From: TPA_inf: Saccharomyces
Taxonomy: Eukaryota
DNA: 64,000 bases
Reading direction: 5' to 3'
Assembly: GCA_000146045.2 (NCBI GenBank)
Contig: BK006948.2
Span: 1 to 64,000 of the forward strand
Positions 25,273 through 38,567 of the stretch are shown in pieces. A program made the position numbers and the translations under genes. Each line of letters opens with the position of its first letter. Position 1 is the first letter of the stretch. The notes under the pieces were generated by a model. The model ran no database searches. It worked only from the letters and a program-made list of their open reading frames with translations, and was not told where the DNA came from.

Positions 25273-26976
25273 ATGTCAGGTGTTAATAATACATCCGCAA
25301 ATGAGTTATCTACTACCATGTCTAACTCTAACTCAGCAGTAGGCGCTCCCTCTGTTAAGACTGAACACGGTGACTCTAAAAATTCCCTTAACCTAGATGC
25401 CAATGAGCCACCTATTGACTTACCTCAAAAACCCCTCTCTGCGTATACCACCGTCGCAATCCTGTGTTTGATGATTGCATTTGGCGGCTTCATCTTTGGT
25501 TGGGATACCGGTACCATTTCTGGTTTTGTTAACCTTTCTGATTTCATCAGAAGGTTCGGTCAAAAAAATGACAAGGGAACCTACTACTTATCGAAAGTAA
25601 GAATGGGTTTGATCGTCTCAATATTCAACATTGGCTGCGCCATAGGCGGAATTGTCTTGTCAAAAGTCGGTGATATATATGGTCGTCGTATTGGATTGAT
25701 TACAGTTACTGCCATTTACGTTGTAGGCATCCTAATCCAAATAACTTCCATAAACAAGTGGTACCAATACTTCATTGGAAGAATTATTTCTGGCCTAGGA
25801 GTGGGAGGCATTGCTGTCCTTTCCCCAATGTTGATATCTGAAGTTGCTCCCAAACATATCAGAGGAACTCTGGTCCAATTGTACCAGCTGATGGGTACGA
25901 TGGGTATTTTTCTAGGATACTGTACCAATTACGGTACCAAGAACTATCACAACGCCACTCAATGGAGAGTCGGCCTTGGTCTTTGCTTTGCCTGGGCTAC
26001 ATTCATGGTTAGTGGAATGATGTTTGTACCAGAATCACCACGTTACCTGATTGAGGTTGGTAAAGATGAGGAAGCGAAACGTTCACTATCGAAATCCAAC
26101 AAAGTCTCAGTTGACGATCCAGCCTTGCTAGTTGAATATGACACTATAAAGGCAGGAATTGAACTTGAAAAGCTGGCAGGTAACGCATCATGGTCTGAAC
26201 TACTCTCCACTAAAACAAAGGTCTTTCAGCGTGTTCTCATGGGAGTGATGATCCAATCGCTGCAGCAATTAACCGGTGACAACTACTTCTTTTACTACGG
26301 TACCACCATCTTCAAATCTGTCGGTCTAAAGGACTCCTTTCAGACTTCGATCATTATCGGTGTGGTTAATTTTTTCTCTTCATTCATAGCGGTATACACC
26401 ATTGAGAGGTTTGGACGCCGTACGTGTCTATTGTGGGGTGCTGCTTCTATGCTATGCTGCTTTGCTGTGTTTGCCTCCGTCGGTGTGACAAAGTTGTGGC
26501 CTCAAGGAAGCAGTCACCAAGACATTACTTCTCAGGGCGCCGGTAACTGTATGATTGTGTTTACTATGTTCTTCATTTTTTCGTTCGCCACCACTTGGGC
26601 AGGCGGCTGTTACGTTATTGTCTCAGAGACGTTTCCTCTTAGGGTCAAATCAAGAGGAATGGCAATCGCAACAGCTGCAAACTGGATGTGGGGTTTCCTG
26701 ATTAGTTTCTTTACCCCATTCATTACCGGGGCAATCAACTTTTACTACGGTTACGTATTCTTAGGCTGTCTGGTTTTTGCATACTTTTATGTCTTTTTCT
26801 TTGTCCCAGAAACAAAAGGCCTGACACTGGAGGAGGTGAATACTATGTGGCTGGAAGGTGTGCCAGCATGGAAATCGGCCTCATGGGTGCCACCGGAGAG
26901 AAGAACCGCAGATTACGATGCTGATGCAATAGATCATGACAATAGACCAATTTACAAGAGGTTCTTTTCCAGCTGA
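25273..26976 (+). CDS. HXT11: Hexose transporter, sugar-porter family MFS, 567 aa
   Basis: [17 protein letters not shown]... with 12 TM segments and PESPR/PETKG sugar-transporter motifs; the track ORF begins at an upstream TTG. Confidence 0.9.
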   Translation: MSGVNNTSANELSTTMSNSNSAVGAPSVKTEHGDSKNSLNLDANEPPIDLPQKPLSAYTTVAILCLMIAFGGFIFGWDTGTISGFVNLSDFIRRFGQKNDKGTYYLSKVRMGLIVSIFNIGCAIGGIVLSKVGDIYGRRIGLITVTAIYVVGILIQITSINKWYQYFIGRIISGLGVGGIAVLSPMLISEVAPKHIRGTLVQLYQLMGTMGIFLGYCTNYGTKNYHNATQWRVGLGLCFAWATFMVSGMMFVPESPRYLIEVGKDEEAKRSLSKSNKVSVDDPALLVEYDTIKAGIELEKLAGNASWSELLSTKTKVFQRVLMGVMIQSLQQLTGDNYFFYYGTTIFKSVGLKDSFQTSIIIGVVNFFSSFIAVYTIERFGRRTCLLWGAASMLCCFAVFASVGVTKLWPQGSSHQDITSQGAGNCMIVFTMFFIFSFATTWAGGCYVIVSETFPLRVKSRGMAIATAANWMWGFLISFFTPFITGAINFYYGYVFLGCLVFAYFYVFFFVPETKGLTLEEVNTMWLEGVPAWKSASWVPPERRTADYDADAIDHDNRPIYKRFFSS

Positions 26977-28702
26977 TCTTCTAGTTTTCGGTAAATTGGT
27001 AAAAAAGCAAAAAAAAAAATTGACGAAACTAATTCTCTATTATACATAATGTTTTTACTTTTGTACCCTTTAATTTCTAATGAATGTTTTATGGAAGCTT
27101 CAATAAATGCGTGACTGGCTATAGTTGTCGGATGGCAATCCATTATTATGTATACCGTATTATTAAGAGTGCAACTAGGCCCGACTATAAATCTAACACT
27201 CAGATCCTTGTACTGTAATGCATATTTATTTTTTCACAAGTTGCATGCTAATAATACCATGATATTTTTTGAAGCCTTGAAAAATAGTTCAAGCAGCTAC
27301 GATATCATGAATCAATATACTCATTGCAGCCTATGTAATATATATAGGTTCCGTGTTACCACTCGTTTCTGATATTTTCGATATGGCTACACTGGGTTTT
27401 TCATGATGGAAATGTGATACTACCAGTTCCAATATATTTATCTTCCTTATCTATATGACACGCTGTTATTTTAGTTCAAGTCAGTGTCCAATTGGGGTGA
27501 GTGTCACGTGCACAACGACGGTAGTCGTTGGATGTGCTAAATGATGTTCTACTGCCAATGACTGCAAATACGTTCGAAGAGTATAAAATCGAAGGAAACG
27601 AATTAAGTTGCCAATCCTTACTGTAACTATAGCATGTTACATATATGTACCATAAGTATCACATTAAGGTTTCGCCATAGCCATGTGCCTATATTAAATA
27701 GAAATATCACATGGCGATCCACGGAATGTTTATAGATTTTCTTCTTTTGTCTATGGCCCGGGCGAGACATTAATTTATCTTGCTGAAAAATTCGAAAGTT
27801 AAAACTCAATTATGCGTGGGATTTCTCAATTAGGTTACCAGAATTTCAATCTGCTGAAGAATTATGTCTTAAAAAAAAAAGTCCCGCCTCAAAAAAGCCA
27901 AAAAGGGTGTGACTGTAGATTGTGGGTTACTTGCTGTCAAATGACATGAAAATCTCTGCCTGCATGATCCCTGTCAAAATTCGAAAACACGCGGTCATAA
28001 AATTGTGCCTCAAAAAGATATCTTTTCCTGCGGGTTCTCTTAGTAAATGAGGTTAGGTTGTTTCCTATTCTTACGAGATTTCCCTTGTTCTCGCCGCTCA
28101 CATCATTGTCGGTAAGATCTTCCGTAGTGGCAGGTCAAGCAGTGAGGAAGAAAGATCGGCAGTAAACTGATAAGAGCCAAACCGAAAAGTTTCTTATACG
28201 CAAAAACGCTTTGAAAATTCTCCAAGAATCCTATTTGAAACTCTTATTAATAAATAAAGTATAAATATAATAAAGTTTATTGTGAGACATGTCGCGATAA
28301 GCACCCCTTGTCTTTCTTGGAAGGGAGAAATTTGTAATATAAAGCCAAGTGTTCAGAACTCGATTTTTTTCTGACCAAAGAGCGGAAGCTCCACTATAAA
28401 AGTTGGGAGGTACTTTTAGGTTCTCTTAAGTTCGCATTTAATTATGGCCTGAACGATTTTACTGTGGACAATAAGTGAAATAAGTGTCCTTAAAATGTGT
28501 ACGATGTGTACACATCAACCTAGTCTCCCCTTCATTGGCAGAAGAGGGAACCATTTCATCCAAAAAGAATAAAAAAAATAAAAAAAATCCAAATATTAAG
28601 CTAAAAAAATACTTAACTGTTTACACAAAGCGTATATAAAACGCATATTAAGAACCTATCTCGTTTCAGAGGAATAAACTTTTAATTCCTCAGTTAAAAA
28701 AA

Positions 28703-31606
28703 TTAGTTAAAGAAAGCAAGAACGAAAATACCGACCAATGCATTCAAAGTATTGGCATTCAAACCTGCGGCAATACCCTCGGACTGGACAATGATACCAG
28801 TAGAGGTCTTTATTGGAGCTGCAGATTTGGAGTATGTGGAAATTGCACTAGAAGCCTTGGAAATGGCAGTAGTCAATGAGGTTGCTTTAGAACCCTCAGA
28901 AGTGACAGTAGTGTATGACTTTGGAGAAGCACTAGTTGCGGTGACGGTTGAAGTAGCTTCAGGTATTTGAGAGGTGATTATCTTGACGTTACAACCATTG
29001 TCATCACATTGAGTAACAGTGGCAGTAGTGTATGTCTTAGGGGCAGCACTGGTTTCTGAAGTTTCTGAAGTTTCTTTAGGAGCTTCAGAAGTGACAGTCT
29101 TGGTGCTACATCCATTGTCATCGCACTGAGTAACAGTAGCGGTAGTGTATGTCTTTGGAGAAACAGTAGTGGTTGTGGCTTCAGGGGCCTCAGAGGTGAC
29201 AGTCTTAGTGTTACAGCCGTTGTCGTCACAGTGAGTAACGGTAACAGTAGTGTATGATTTTGGAGAAGTAGTAGTTGCTGAAGTTTCTTCAGGACATTCA
29301 GAAGTGACAGTCTTGGTGTTACAGCCATTGTTGTCACAGTGGGTGACGGTAACAGTGGTGTATGATTTGGAAGAAACGGTTTCAGTGGCGACGGTACCGG
29401 TAGACGTAGTTACATGACATCCGGTCTCATCGCAAGAAGTGATAGTGGCGGTGGTAGATGAACATGGTACGGTTGTGGTAATGGTATAGACGTTACCGTT
29501 CGAATCAGTTGTTTCTGAACAGGAGACAACTACTGTGCTTGTGGTTGTTGCATATGTTAATGTTGTGGTATAAACAGATGGGGAGCCGGAAATCAAGGTG
29601 GAAGCCGTTGAACCAGTCACGGAAGCACCGAATGAAGTGGAAGCGGTTGAACCAGTTACGGAAGCACCGAATGAAGTGGAACCGGAAGTAGAGTTGGTAG
29701 CCCCTGATGTGGTAGATGTGGATGAGGGTGTAGCGCTGGAAGCAACAACACCTCCGTAATTTAGATAATAAGCATAGGCACCAGCAAATGTTCCTTCGGA
29801 GACGTTGAAGCCAGAACTGGAGAACCCAGTACCAATAGAGAAGGAGAATTGTGAGTTGCCTTGTGTTGCAGTTAAAACACCAGTAGCACTGTCGTAAGAA
29901 AGAGCAGTGACATCTGCTGTAATGGCGATTTGGTTTTCACCAGTGTATCCAACCACAGGGATAGGAGTAGTGTTGGTTTCGGTTGGGTCAACGGCAAGAA
30001 CACCTTCACCCTTGAATACAACAGTTTGGCCAGTAAAGGTGTCTGGATAGTGCAAGTAAAGGTTGCCAGAGATGATGTTGATTGTACCACTTCCAGAAAC
30101 TGGTTCGACAACGACGTAGGTACTGCCATTCTCAAGATTTATCTCACCGTTGTTGACAGAACCTGATTCAGCTCTACGCTGCAAACCAGAGACGGAACCA
30201 CCATTGAGAATAGCATTTGAGAAAGAGAAAGCACCAGAGTTAGAGTAGGGAGAGAATGTGACTTCGCCCTTTGTGGACTCTGATAGACTCAAAGAAATAT
30301 CACCACTGTTATCGAAAGAGCCTGGAGTGAAGGAGTAGGCAGATGCGGAAGAAGCAGCAGGCTCTTCAGCGTTAAAGGTACCAGATACATCAAAGTTTTC
30401 ACCAGAAATGTCGAATTCGGTACCTGGGTAAGTTGGCTTAGACTTTTCTACGAAAACGCCACCATGGATTATGAAATCAGCAGAGAAAACGTATTTGTCA
30501 CCATCAAGTAGGGTCAACTTACCACCTGCAGCGACTTCGACAGCTTCAGTTGCAATGACTGAACCGGTGAGTGTGATGTCACCACTGATGGTTGTAGAAG
30601 GCAAATAAATAGTACCATCGCTGGAAGAAAGAGAGTTGGAAGCAGTTGCAGTTGCACTAGAAGCCGAAGAGGTAATAGAACTTAAGGTACCGGAGGTGAT
30701 AGAACCAGAGGCAGTGGAAGCCGATGAGGTTGATTGAGGAATTGAACTCGAGATACCTGGAGCAGAAGAAGCTGATGAACCGGAAACGGAGGAACCAGAT
30801 TGTGTAACAGAACCGGACGTGCTGGAGGCTGATGAACCGGAAGCGGTACCAGATTGTGTGATAGATGATTCAGATGCTGATGAGGATGAGCCTGATTCTG
30901 TGACAGAACCGGATGAGCTAGGAACCGAAGAAGCGGAGCCTGATTCTGTGGCAGAAGATGAACCGGAGACTGATGAGCCTGATTCTGTGGCAGAAGATGA
31001 ACCGGAGACTGATGAGCCTGATTCTGTGGCAGAAGATGAACCGGAGGCGGATGAGCCTGATTCAGTGGCAGAAGATGAACCGGAGGCGGATGAGCCTGAT
31101 TCAGTGGCAGAAGTTGAACCGGAGACTGATGAGCCCGATTCAGTGGCGGAGGATGAGCCTGATGTAATGGAAGTAGATGAACCGGAGACTGATGAGCCCG
31201 ATTCAGTGGCGGAGGATGAACCGGAGGCGGATGAGCCTGATTCAGTGGCAGAAGATGAACTGGAGACTGATGAGCCTGATGAAGTAATAGAAGATGAGCC
31301 GGAGACTGAAGAGCCTGATGAAGTAATAGAGCTCGAGACTTCAGAGGACGAGGTTGATGGAGCAATGGAGCTCGAGACTTCGGTGGAGGATGACGTTAAC
31401 TCAGTGAGAGAGCTCGAGACATCAGAAGTAGATGAGGTCAACTCAATAGAACTACTGATGGAAACGGAACCTGATGAAGTTGACGAAACGGCGGTGGAGC
31501 TGTTACTAGCGATTGAGGAACTGTTGGTATAATATTGGCCCAATGCACTTTGGGAGTAAAGGACCAAAGCCAAAGCGGCTTGAAGTTTATTAAAGCGATT
31601 GAACAT
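28703..31606 (-). CDS. HPF1: Ser/Thr-rich GPI-type cell-wall mannoprotein (haze-protective factor), 967 aa from MFNRF...
   Basis: N-terminal signal peptide [24 protein letters not shown]; long [12 protein letters not shown] repeat array; C-terminal Cys-containing ~36-aa repeats; hydrophobic C-terminus. Confidence 0.88.
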   Translation of the reverse strand: MFNRFNKLQAALALVLYSQSALGQYYTNSSSIASNSSTAVSSTSSGSVSISSSIELTSSTSDVSSSLTELTSSSTEVSSSIAPSTSSSEVSSSITSSGSSVSGSSSITSSGSSVSSSSSATESGSSASGSSSATESGSSVSGSSTSITSGSSSATESGSSVSGSTSATESGSSASGSSSATESGSSASGSSSATESGSSVSGSSSATESGSSVSGSSSATESGSASSVPSSSGSVTESGSSSSASESSITQSGTASGSSASSTSGSVTQSGSSVSGSSASSAPGISSSIPQSTSSASTASGSITSGTLSSITSSASSATATASNSLSSSDGTIYLPSTTISGDITLTGSVIATEAVEVAAGGKLTLLDGDKYVFSADFIIHGGVFVEKSKPTYPGTEFDISGENFDVSGTFNAEEPAASSASAYSFTPGSFDNSGDISLSLSESTKGEVTFSPYSNSGAFSFSNAILNGGSVSGLQRRAESGSVNNGEINLENGSTYVVVEPVSGSGTINIISGNLYLHYPDTFTGQTVVFKGEGVLAVDPTETNTTPIPVVGYTGENQIAITADVTALSYDSATGVLTATQGNSQFSFSIGTGFSSSGFNVSEGTFAGAYAYYLNYGGVVASSATPSSTSTTSGATNSTSGSTSFGASVTGSTASTSFGASVTGSTASTLISGSPSVYTTTLTYATTTSTVVVSCSETTDSNGNVYTITTTVPCSSTTATITSCDETGCHVTTSTGTVATETVSSKSYTTVTVTHCDNNGCNTKTVTSECPEETSATTTSPKSYTTVTVTHCDDNGCNTKTVTSEAPEATTTTVSPKTYTTATVTQCDDNGCSTKTVTSEAPKETSETSETSAAPKTYTTATVTQCDDNGCNVKIITSQIPEATSTVTATSASPKSYTTVTSEGSKATSLTTAISKASSAISTYSKSAAPIKTSTGIIVQSEGIAAGLNANTLNALVGIFVLAFFN
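28990..29480 (-). repeat. Intragenic ~105-115-bp (~36-aa, [25 protein letters not shown]...) tandem repeats in HPF1, ~5 copies
   Basis: Visible in the translation ([27 protein letters not shown]... repeated). Confidence 0.8.
30780..31340 (-). repeat. Intragenic 39-bp (13-aa, [13 protein letters not shown]) tandem repeat array in HPF1, ~12 copies
   Basis: Periodic gatgagcctgattctgtggcagaagatgaaccggag... on the + strand; the protein repeats are visible in the ORF track. Confidence 0.85.
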
Positions 31607-33613
31607 CTCTTTGACAGGCGAGATCTTACCAAAAAGAATCAACGATGGGTATTTGTTGTTACTGACTTGAGAACCAGAAAAGGCATAAACCTAAGATAAT
31701 GGGATGGCAGAACCGATACTAATGAGATGAATATGAAGCTTTTTATATGCTTTTTGCAAGTGTGAGCGGACTCCGAATACGCAACTGCGTAGATTAACCG
31801 CTGGGCTAGCTTAAATCTCCTACGGGCACTTCTGCGGAAGCATCCGCAAGTTCTGTGCGCGCGCGTTCCTTGCAACGAACGGGGGGGCATTTTAATGAGT
31901 AAACAAAGATATTCCGCTGCTAATAACAACAAGAGACCCCCTAAGCAGTCTGCAAAACCGTGCAGGACGTGGTCTAAGCTACTTTGATAAGATAGTCACA
32001 GGAACCTTTTTGGAAAATTAAACTATTACCGAAAAAAGCCACAACACAGGGCCTAGCACCAAGCATTTTCACCCAATTCGTCATGAAAAGTCATTATTAC
32101 CTTATTTCCAATTGGAGAGTTAGCCAGGAATCTCCGCTCAGAATGAACTAGCAGTATAAAGAAAAATATACGACTTGGATAAAGAGGAATGCTTTAGTAA
32201 GCTACACCTCACTTTTCGATGAAAAGGAGTTAGTGGTTGCCTTCCGTGAGCGCGAGATATTTATTTTTATGTTCCTAAGGCGCGTGTCTACCTCGTATTT
32301 CTGCAACGCGAGCACGGTTTTCTGTTGAGGAGTGGCTGGTAAAGGCCCTTTAAAAATACCACGCCATTTTAGTAGGCCCTACTAACTAATTCATAGCAAA
32401 ATTCAGAACTTATCCATTAGAAATAAATTGCGGTGCCTACGAAAAGAACGTTCCCTTGGCAAAATTAAAGAAAAATTAAACGTGATCGGTCTATCGAGCA
32501 GGCCATTGAAGCATATGTACAAGCACGGTTTGAGTGCTTAGAATTGAACAGTTATTACAGTTCTTAACACTGTTTCTCTAAAAGTGCAAAAAAGGCACGG
32601 TCACATAGACTAATCTTGCAGCGGTTCCAAGGCTTATTTGTTGAGTTGGGTTAGTGGAACGAAGTAGCAGTCAATTCCAACGTAGATCGGTATATACGTT
32701 CAAGCCCCCCTGAAAGTTGCCGAGGCCAAATGGAGAAAATAAGTTGTTCCCCTCTTTTTATTAAGAATTAAAGTGTTCTATTTTAGATTGATTTCCTACC
32801 ATTGGTTTCAACTTCTCTCTCTGATTCAGTTAAGCGACGGTGTTTTTAATTCAGATTTGATTGTCCGTCTCCATTTTTTGGTAAGATAAGTGTGAGCAAG
32901 TTTGAGGGGTTACTACTGACTCAGAAACCGTACTGCTATGTAGTACTTGCCTTCGTCCTACCTAGTAACTATTATTTCTACCTAGGAAACATTTTAGGGT
33001 ATGATCTACCCCATTGCGGGGTGCCTTTTTCTTACGTTAGCGAGTACTCGAATGAGGGTGAAATGGCATCGTCATTGATTGCCGAGGACAGACTCCCCAA
33101 CATTGAGGTGTTTATGGTTGGCCTTACTGATAAACCATAAAAATACGGTCCGATATGTGTAGTGGTTCCGTTATATTTTTGGCATGGTAAGCATGTATAG
33201 GTATATGCTACATTCAATTATCTGGAAAGGCGGTTTTTTAAGCTCATTTTCTTTTTTGAGCTTATTCTTGAAGATAATGCTATCACACGTGCATAATAAA
33301 ATAGTAGCTTTTTCTTGTAACTGCGCTCTTTTTTAGCCGCATTCCAATTTAGCCTTAAATCGTGAACGTGGAGATGATTATTTCATCTCAACTAACTTGT
33401 ATAACCTTATTTGCGTAGTCTTCGCGGGGTAATTTTTGATGGTGTAAACTTTTACCATAGAAATACGATACTCTACATGTAGTTTTGTCTATTTAGTGAA
33501 ATCCGACAAACTGCGACGGCTAGCAAGTTCTTGCTTGTTTCTCACTAACAGCTTATTCTTTCAAGGAAAGGTGTATAATTAGTTCGACAAAATTCAGTCC
33601 GATTCCAAAAATA

Positions 33614-33931
33614 TGGTTGCTGAATCGAGAATCAACTATTGTTAATTGACTAGCAGTCTTCTTGCTAGTATATATGACATACTGGTGCAAATATGGCATA
33701 ACATCAAGAGGCAGTCATCATATCTAAAGGATACAGAAATGGAAGGATTGATAATGTAACAAGGTAATGAACGACAATATGTAAAATGAATGAAAGCCTC
33801 AATAATATCATACAGACAAAAATCGATTCCCTTTTGTGAATTTTTTTTTTTGTATCCTCCAGGAGAAATTCATACCTAATGAGAACAGTGGAATCCCAAC
33901 ACAATTATCTAATTTTTTCATCTATTTCTCA
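33614..33931 (+). mobile_element. Degenerate solo delta LTR in the HPF1-ZPS1 intergenic region
   Basis: tggttgctgaatcgagaatcaactattg...ggaaggattgataatgtaacaagg...gtggaatcccaacacaattatctaa parallels the delta consensus TGTTGGAATAGAAATCAACTATC...CAAGGATTGATAATGTAATAGG...GGAATCCCAACAATTATCTCAA. Confidence 0.6.
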
Positions 33932-34328
33932 TAGATAAAATGAAATTTCAATAATTGACCAATATTCACCTGGCCCATAATCAATCGCTGTAATAAAATC
34001 TCCAAAAAGGGTAAAACTAAACAACTTTTAAAATGTGAAAAATTAAGTAAAGAAAAAGATAAGAATAAAGTCCAACAAGAGTCAACTGCTTGAAATTTTC
34101 AGCTGAAGTGGAAAAGAGGTGCTGATCATTGAGTGCCAAACGGAAGTTTGTTGCTGCCGCAATGTCAATGAAGCATTAAGCTCTGACGTTTTGCCGTTTC
34201 TTTTTGGGCAGTATGCGATCAATTTATGCTAGCCAAAAGAAAAAAATCGTATGCGCGCTGAATCAGCCGTAGCTAGCTGTCGACAATGACATGGCGGAAG
34301 CGCTGTTTTTAAAGGCTTCTTATAATTG

Positions 34329-34354
34329 ACCTTCAGGGTTAGGACCCTGAAGGT
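34329..34354. promoter_or_regulatory. Inverted pair of Zap1 zinc-responsive elements (ACCTTCAGGGT ... ACCCTGAAGGT), about -330/-305 from ZPS1
   Basis: The second copy matches the ZRE consensus ACCYYNAAGGT 11/11; the first is its exact reverse complement (10/11 to the consensus). Confidence 0.7.
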
Positions 34355-34657
34355 TTTTTGTAGCCATACTGCTTACAAGAATGTAACCTCTTTGGAGGAA
34401 AAAGAAATTATACTTTCTTTTCCAGATCACGAATCTGTTGAAGTACTGTTCTTTTCCGTGGCTTGAACCCTCTACAAGAGATCTATAGACGCCGCACATG
34501 CTTTCAAATAGAGCTACATTCTGGTCCTTCAATATATCAATTAGAAACGTATAAAAACAAGACAAAATTACTGTCATTGGGGGAGAACAACCCATCTAGG
34601 AATTGGGATTGAGCAATTAAGATAGAAAACCAAATCCACACACAACTACTAAACATT

Positions 34658-35407
34658 ATGAAGTTCTCTTCCGGCAAATCTATCATCTTTGCAACTATTG
34701 CTTCTCTAGCTTTGAGTGCTCCTGTCACTTACGACACCAACTCTACTGCTGAGTTACAATCTCCTTCATCTCAAGAAATTCTGGGTTGGAGTCACGCAAC
34801 TTTTCCTACCATTTACCAAACCTGTAATGAGACGAACGCAAGAATGTTGAATGCAGCTTTTAAGGATACCGCTGAAATCACCGCTTATGGTAAAGATAGA
34901 CTTTTGAACTATGGTGTCGATGACGTTTACTACAAAAGATGGTTTGGTAATGGTAGTATTTTCACCGTCATGGGTGTCTTTGAGCAATTGATGGAGGCTT
35001 CCAAGGGTGCCATGCTCATGAGATGTGATGATATTGATGGCTTGTGTGCAGCTAATCCAAACTATTACGCTGGTCATCACCGTCAATCTGCTCCAGCTGA
35101 AACTGTTATTTGTGATTACTTCTACACTTCCAAAAAGCCACTATCAACAATTTGTTTCGAAGGTACTATTGTCGATGTCGGTCCAAAACATTATGCAGGT
35201 ATTGATATGTTACATCGTTACTTGCACGTCCCTACCATGAGTATGGATGGATATGTTGGCGAGTACGCGGAAACTCTTGAAGAAGTTGTGGACTACACCC
35301 AGAACAATGCTACTTACGCAGTTAGAAACACCGACAACTATCTTTACTATCTCGCTGACGTTTACAGTGCTTCTGTTATACCTGGTGGCTGTCTAGGTAA
35401 CTTGTAA
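34658..35407 (+). CDS. ZPS1: Zinc- and pH-regulated surface protein, Pra1/zincophore-like (HRxxH), 249 aa
   Basis: Signal peptide MKFSSGKSIIFATIASLALSAP; HHRQSAP and HYAG motifs; matches Zps1. Confidence 0.9.
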   Translation: MKFSSGKSIIFATIASLALSAPVTYDTNSTAELQSPSSQEILGWSHATFPTIYQTCNETNARMLNAAFKDTAEITAYGKDRLLNYGVDDVYYKRWFGNGSIFTVMGVFEQLMEASKGAMLMRCDDIDGLCAANPNYYAGHHRQSAPAETVICDYFYTSKKPLSTICFEGTIVDVGPKHYAGIDMLHRYLHVPTMSMDGYVGEYAETLEEVVDYTQNNATYAVRNTDNYLYYLADVYSASVIPGGCLGNL

Positions 35408-35716
35408 TAACCACATCATTACTTCCACAGAATATGTTTTCTATACCGTAAATATTAGTTCGTTTATGTTTTTAAAATAAATTGGAGCTATTCTTTTTCA
35501 TTGAATTAGATGGTATTTTTTATATGATTGCAAACTTTGACGAGAATGTACTGCTCATTATTTTTCGTAAACTGCAAAAAATTGAGCACAATATAAGTAT
35601 CTCAGTGCATTGTATACGTGTCGAGTAATGAATCAAACAATAGCATTCTTCTTCTCAATTTTACAATAGTCTGAAACAATTTAATGACAAGTTTATCATA
35701 ATTGTGTTATTATTAT

Positions 35717-35727
35717 ATTTATATTTA
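35717..35727 (+). other. Perfect ARS consensus match (ATTTATATTTA) 3' of ZPS1; candidate origin
   Basis: 11/11 match to WTTTAYRTTTW; such matches are common by chance in AT-rich DNA. Confidence 0.25.
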
Positions 35728-36821
35728 GAGGCCTATATTGCGCATCGAACTTTTCAAAATCCGCGCAAAATTATAGAATTCATCATATATAATGAAGGAA
35801 CTGTGTTCCTGAAAAGAACAAAAAAAGGATTAACTACAAAATGAAACATAAATATGTCTTTTATCAATTAAATTAATGATAATTTATTCTTACCGAACGT
35901 TTTCTTCTACCAAGTTTTTCGCCTACGCACCTACATTTCCTCTTTTGAATTTCATGGCAATAAATAGTAAAGAAATCAATGATCGTCTTGGTTTTATTAA
36001 AAAACTTGAGAATAACATAACCCTTTAATAGGCCAATGCAACTGATAGAACACCAGAAAAAGTTGTAATGCCAGTGCGGCTGAACAGAATCTGTGGTAAT
36101 AGATTTCGGGTATAATGCGCAAATTAGGAATACTCATATGTTCAGATAGAATAAATAATAAAGAGACCTTCAACATAAAAAACTAATAGGACCTTCATGG
36201 GCAAAAAGACAGGATTACGCTAAAATATACTTCAGTGATTTTCTGTTAATATGCGAAAGAAAGACACATAAAATATTGGTGAACAGGGCAAAAAATTTTA
36301 GATTTGTCAGTCAGTGAACAATATTTCAATTGGTCACTTATAGAAAAGATTATTATAATTACCCATGTTAGTGTCGCCAAACACTATTATGAAATAAAGA
36401 TAATATTCTATTAGCAATGGTCTCAAATTAATATGAACGGGCATCATTGGCACAGAGTAACCATTTTAAAATAAAAAGAGGGCAGGAACTCTCACACATT
36501 TCGGTACGAACAAACTGATATACTATATCTATTAAACCGTAATTCCAGACGCGTAATACTACAGCATAATCTTCAATATAGATATGACAAGAAAAGAACA
36601 AGTTTTTCCATAATAAGTATCCCATTTTACCTACATTTCCCTTCTTCGGTATGTTAAATTATTAATATTCTTTGCAATTGTTGGCCGTTGAGTAAAGTTC
36701 TAATTTCAAAAATACTAGACTTTGACTGAAACGTTATAGGAGTTTTAATATCAATAGACCGTTTGGCCAAGACGCGTTCAACATATACACTGGTCTACCA
36801 TTATATAAAAAAATTCGCCCA

Positions 36822-38567
36822 TTAATCATGGCCATACTCGTTGACATTCACAATATATTCATAGACAAATGCTACTGCTGAAACGTGTGAAGATGCTGAA
36901 ATATGTTCATTAACAGAATGTATTGTCCTTAGTTGGTCAAATGGAAAGATACCTGCAACAAATCTATAGATGTTTTTGCTTAATCCCCAGTAATACTTGG
37001 TATCGGTATTACCAGAAAACAAGCCACCCGTAACGTAGACATCTGCATCTTTCTGCTCAGCCAAAATTTCGTTTTGAAACAAGTTTTGAACAGTACCTGC
37101 AAAAATCTCCCAGACATGTCCTGAAGTTGGCGATACTGGTGCTGGTTCTAACATTTTTTCACTTGCTAAAGAAATGTGGCCAAGTTTTGTTTCCGGGATG
37201 ATAATCTCGTCATGGAATGTCAAACCATACCCGTGCTTTTCAGCAATAACTCTGGCCCAATACAAATCATTTTACACAGTTTCGTTCACAGATGAATGAA
37301 TATCCACTCTATGGTTAACAATAAAGCTGGTCAATCCTGGCAATGCATTAGCCTTGACACCGCCATTAATGACATCGACTGCTCTAGTTGTTCTTATTAG
37401 GTCACGAATGTCAGGGTGCGATGCAGCAAATTCCGTCAAAACCTTCCTTTTCCCTTCATCCACAGGTGCTTTTAAGATTGCCTCCCTGACATGTGGTGGC
37501 AGAAAACCTGAATGCTCGGCAGCACATTGTAATACATCATAAATGGGGTTATCAAGTGAGAAATTATAATCGAATGGGTGATTTTCCATCATATATATCA
37601 ATTCTGATGCAACACCAATGGTAGTATGGTCAGGTTGTACGGATGAATGACCACCATGACCATGGATACTAATCCTTACGTCAACGTAACCCTTCTCAGC
37701 ATTTACAGCAGCTGCAATGTAAAGGTTTTTATCCAGTCTTAGGAGTCCAGCACCTTCATCAATAATGGAAAACATGCTATCCGGGCCATACCTTTCCAAC
37801 AGAAATGGTGCCAAGACTTTAGCGCCCATAAAACCGCTTGACTCCTCATCAAAGCCCAGAGATAATATAACGGTCCTTTCAGTCTGATAACCATCGGCAA
37901 GCAGTTGTTCTATACCCTCTAACTCAGCGAGCATTAAGTTCTTACAATCATTGGAGCCGCGACCCCAAACATAGTCCGTTTCTTGATCATAGTGACCCGA
38001 CAATGGTGGATACTGCCAAGAATCCCATATTTCCCTGTTAACTGGCACCACATCTTGATGTGCCATAAATAATATTGGTTTCAAACTCGGATCTGTACCT
38101 TCCCATGTATATAATAGACCCAATTGGTTGACTTTTTCCACCTTTAGATGAGAGTGAACAAGAGGAAAAGTCTCTTAGAAATATTTGTGAAGTTTGAAGA
38201 ATTCTGAATAGTACTCTGGGTCATCGTTTGGAAGCGGGTTTGTGTCACTAATTTCTGTAGGAATTTGAATGGCACCAGACAACTTTCTTATTGAGTCTAT
38301 TTTGAATTGCTTATCGTTCAGAATCAAATTCACAGACTTGTTAAACGATGGACGATATACTTGAGGCTTTTTACATTGTGGAGAGGCAGGAACGTCAAAA
38401 GTGGAATTTGGGACGGGTTTGGTAAAGCTGCTGATATAAGCTAAGAGCAACGTCAATAAACCAATTAATGGCAGACCAAATTTTTTACACTTAGAATAGG
38501 TAGAGGAGGTTGGCTGCTTAGAAGAAGGATACACATCCGGAAGCGGAGCGTGATGAGTCTCTGTCAT
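36822..38567 (-). pseudogene. CPS1-like (M20 Gly-X carboxypeptidase) pseudogene, reading frame blocked by two in-frame TAA stops (YOL153C)
   Basis: Three track ORFs (38175..38567, 37272..38141, 36822..37265) all share one frame, separated by TAA at 38175-38177 and 37272-37274 (minus strand); the translation has M20 peptidase motifs (HGHGGHSS, DxxR..E). Confidence 0.85.

Noticed and set aside
30819-31532. 237-aa + strand ORF encoding acidic [13 protein letters not shown] repeats, and a 227-aa ORF (30682..31365) with HQAHPPP repeats
   Set aside because: These lie antisense or out of frame within the HPF1 39-bp repeat array. The open frames are a by-product of codon periodicity in a repeat, not independent genes.
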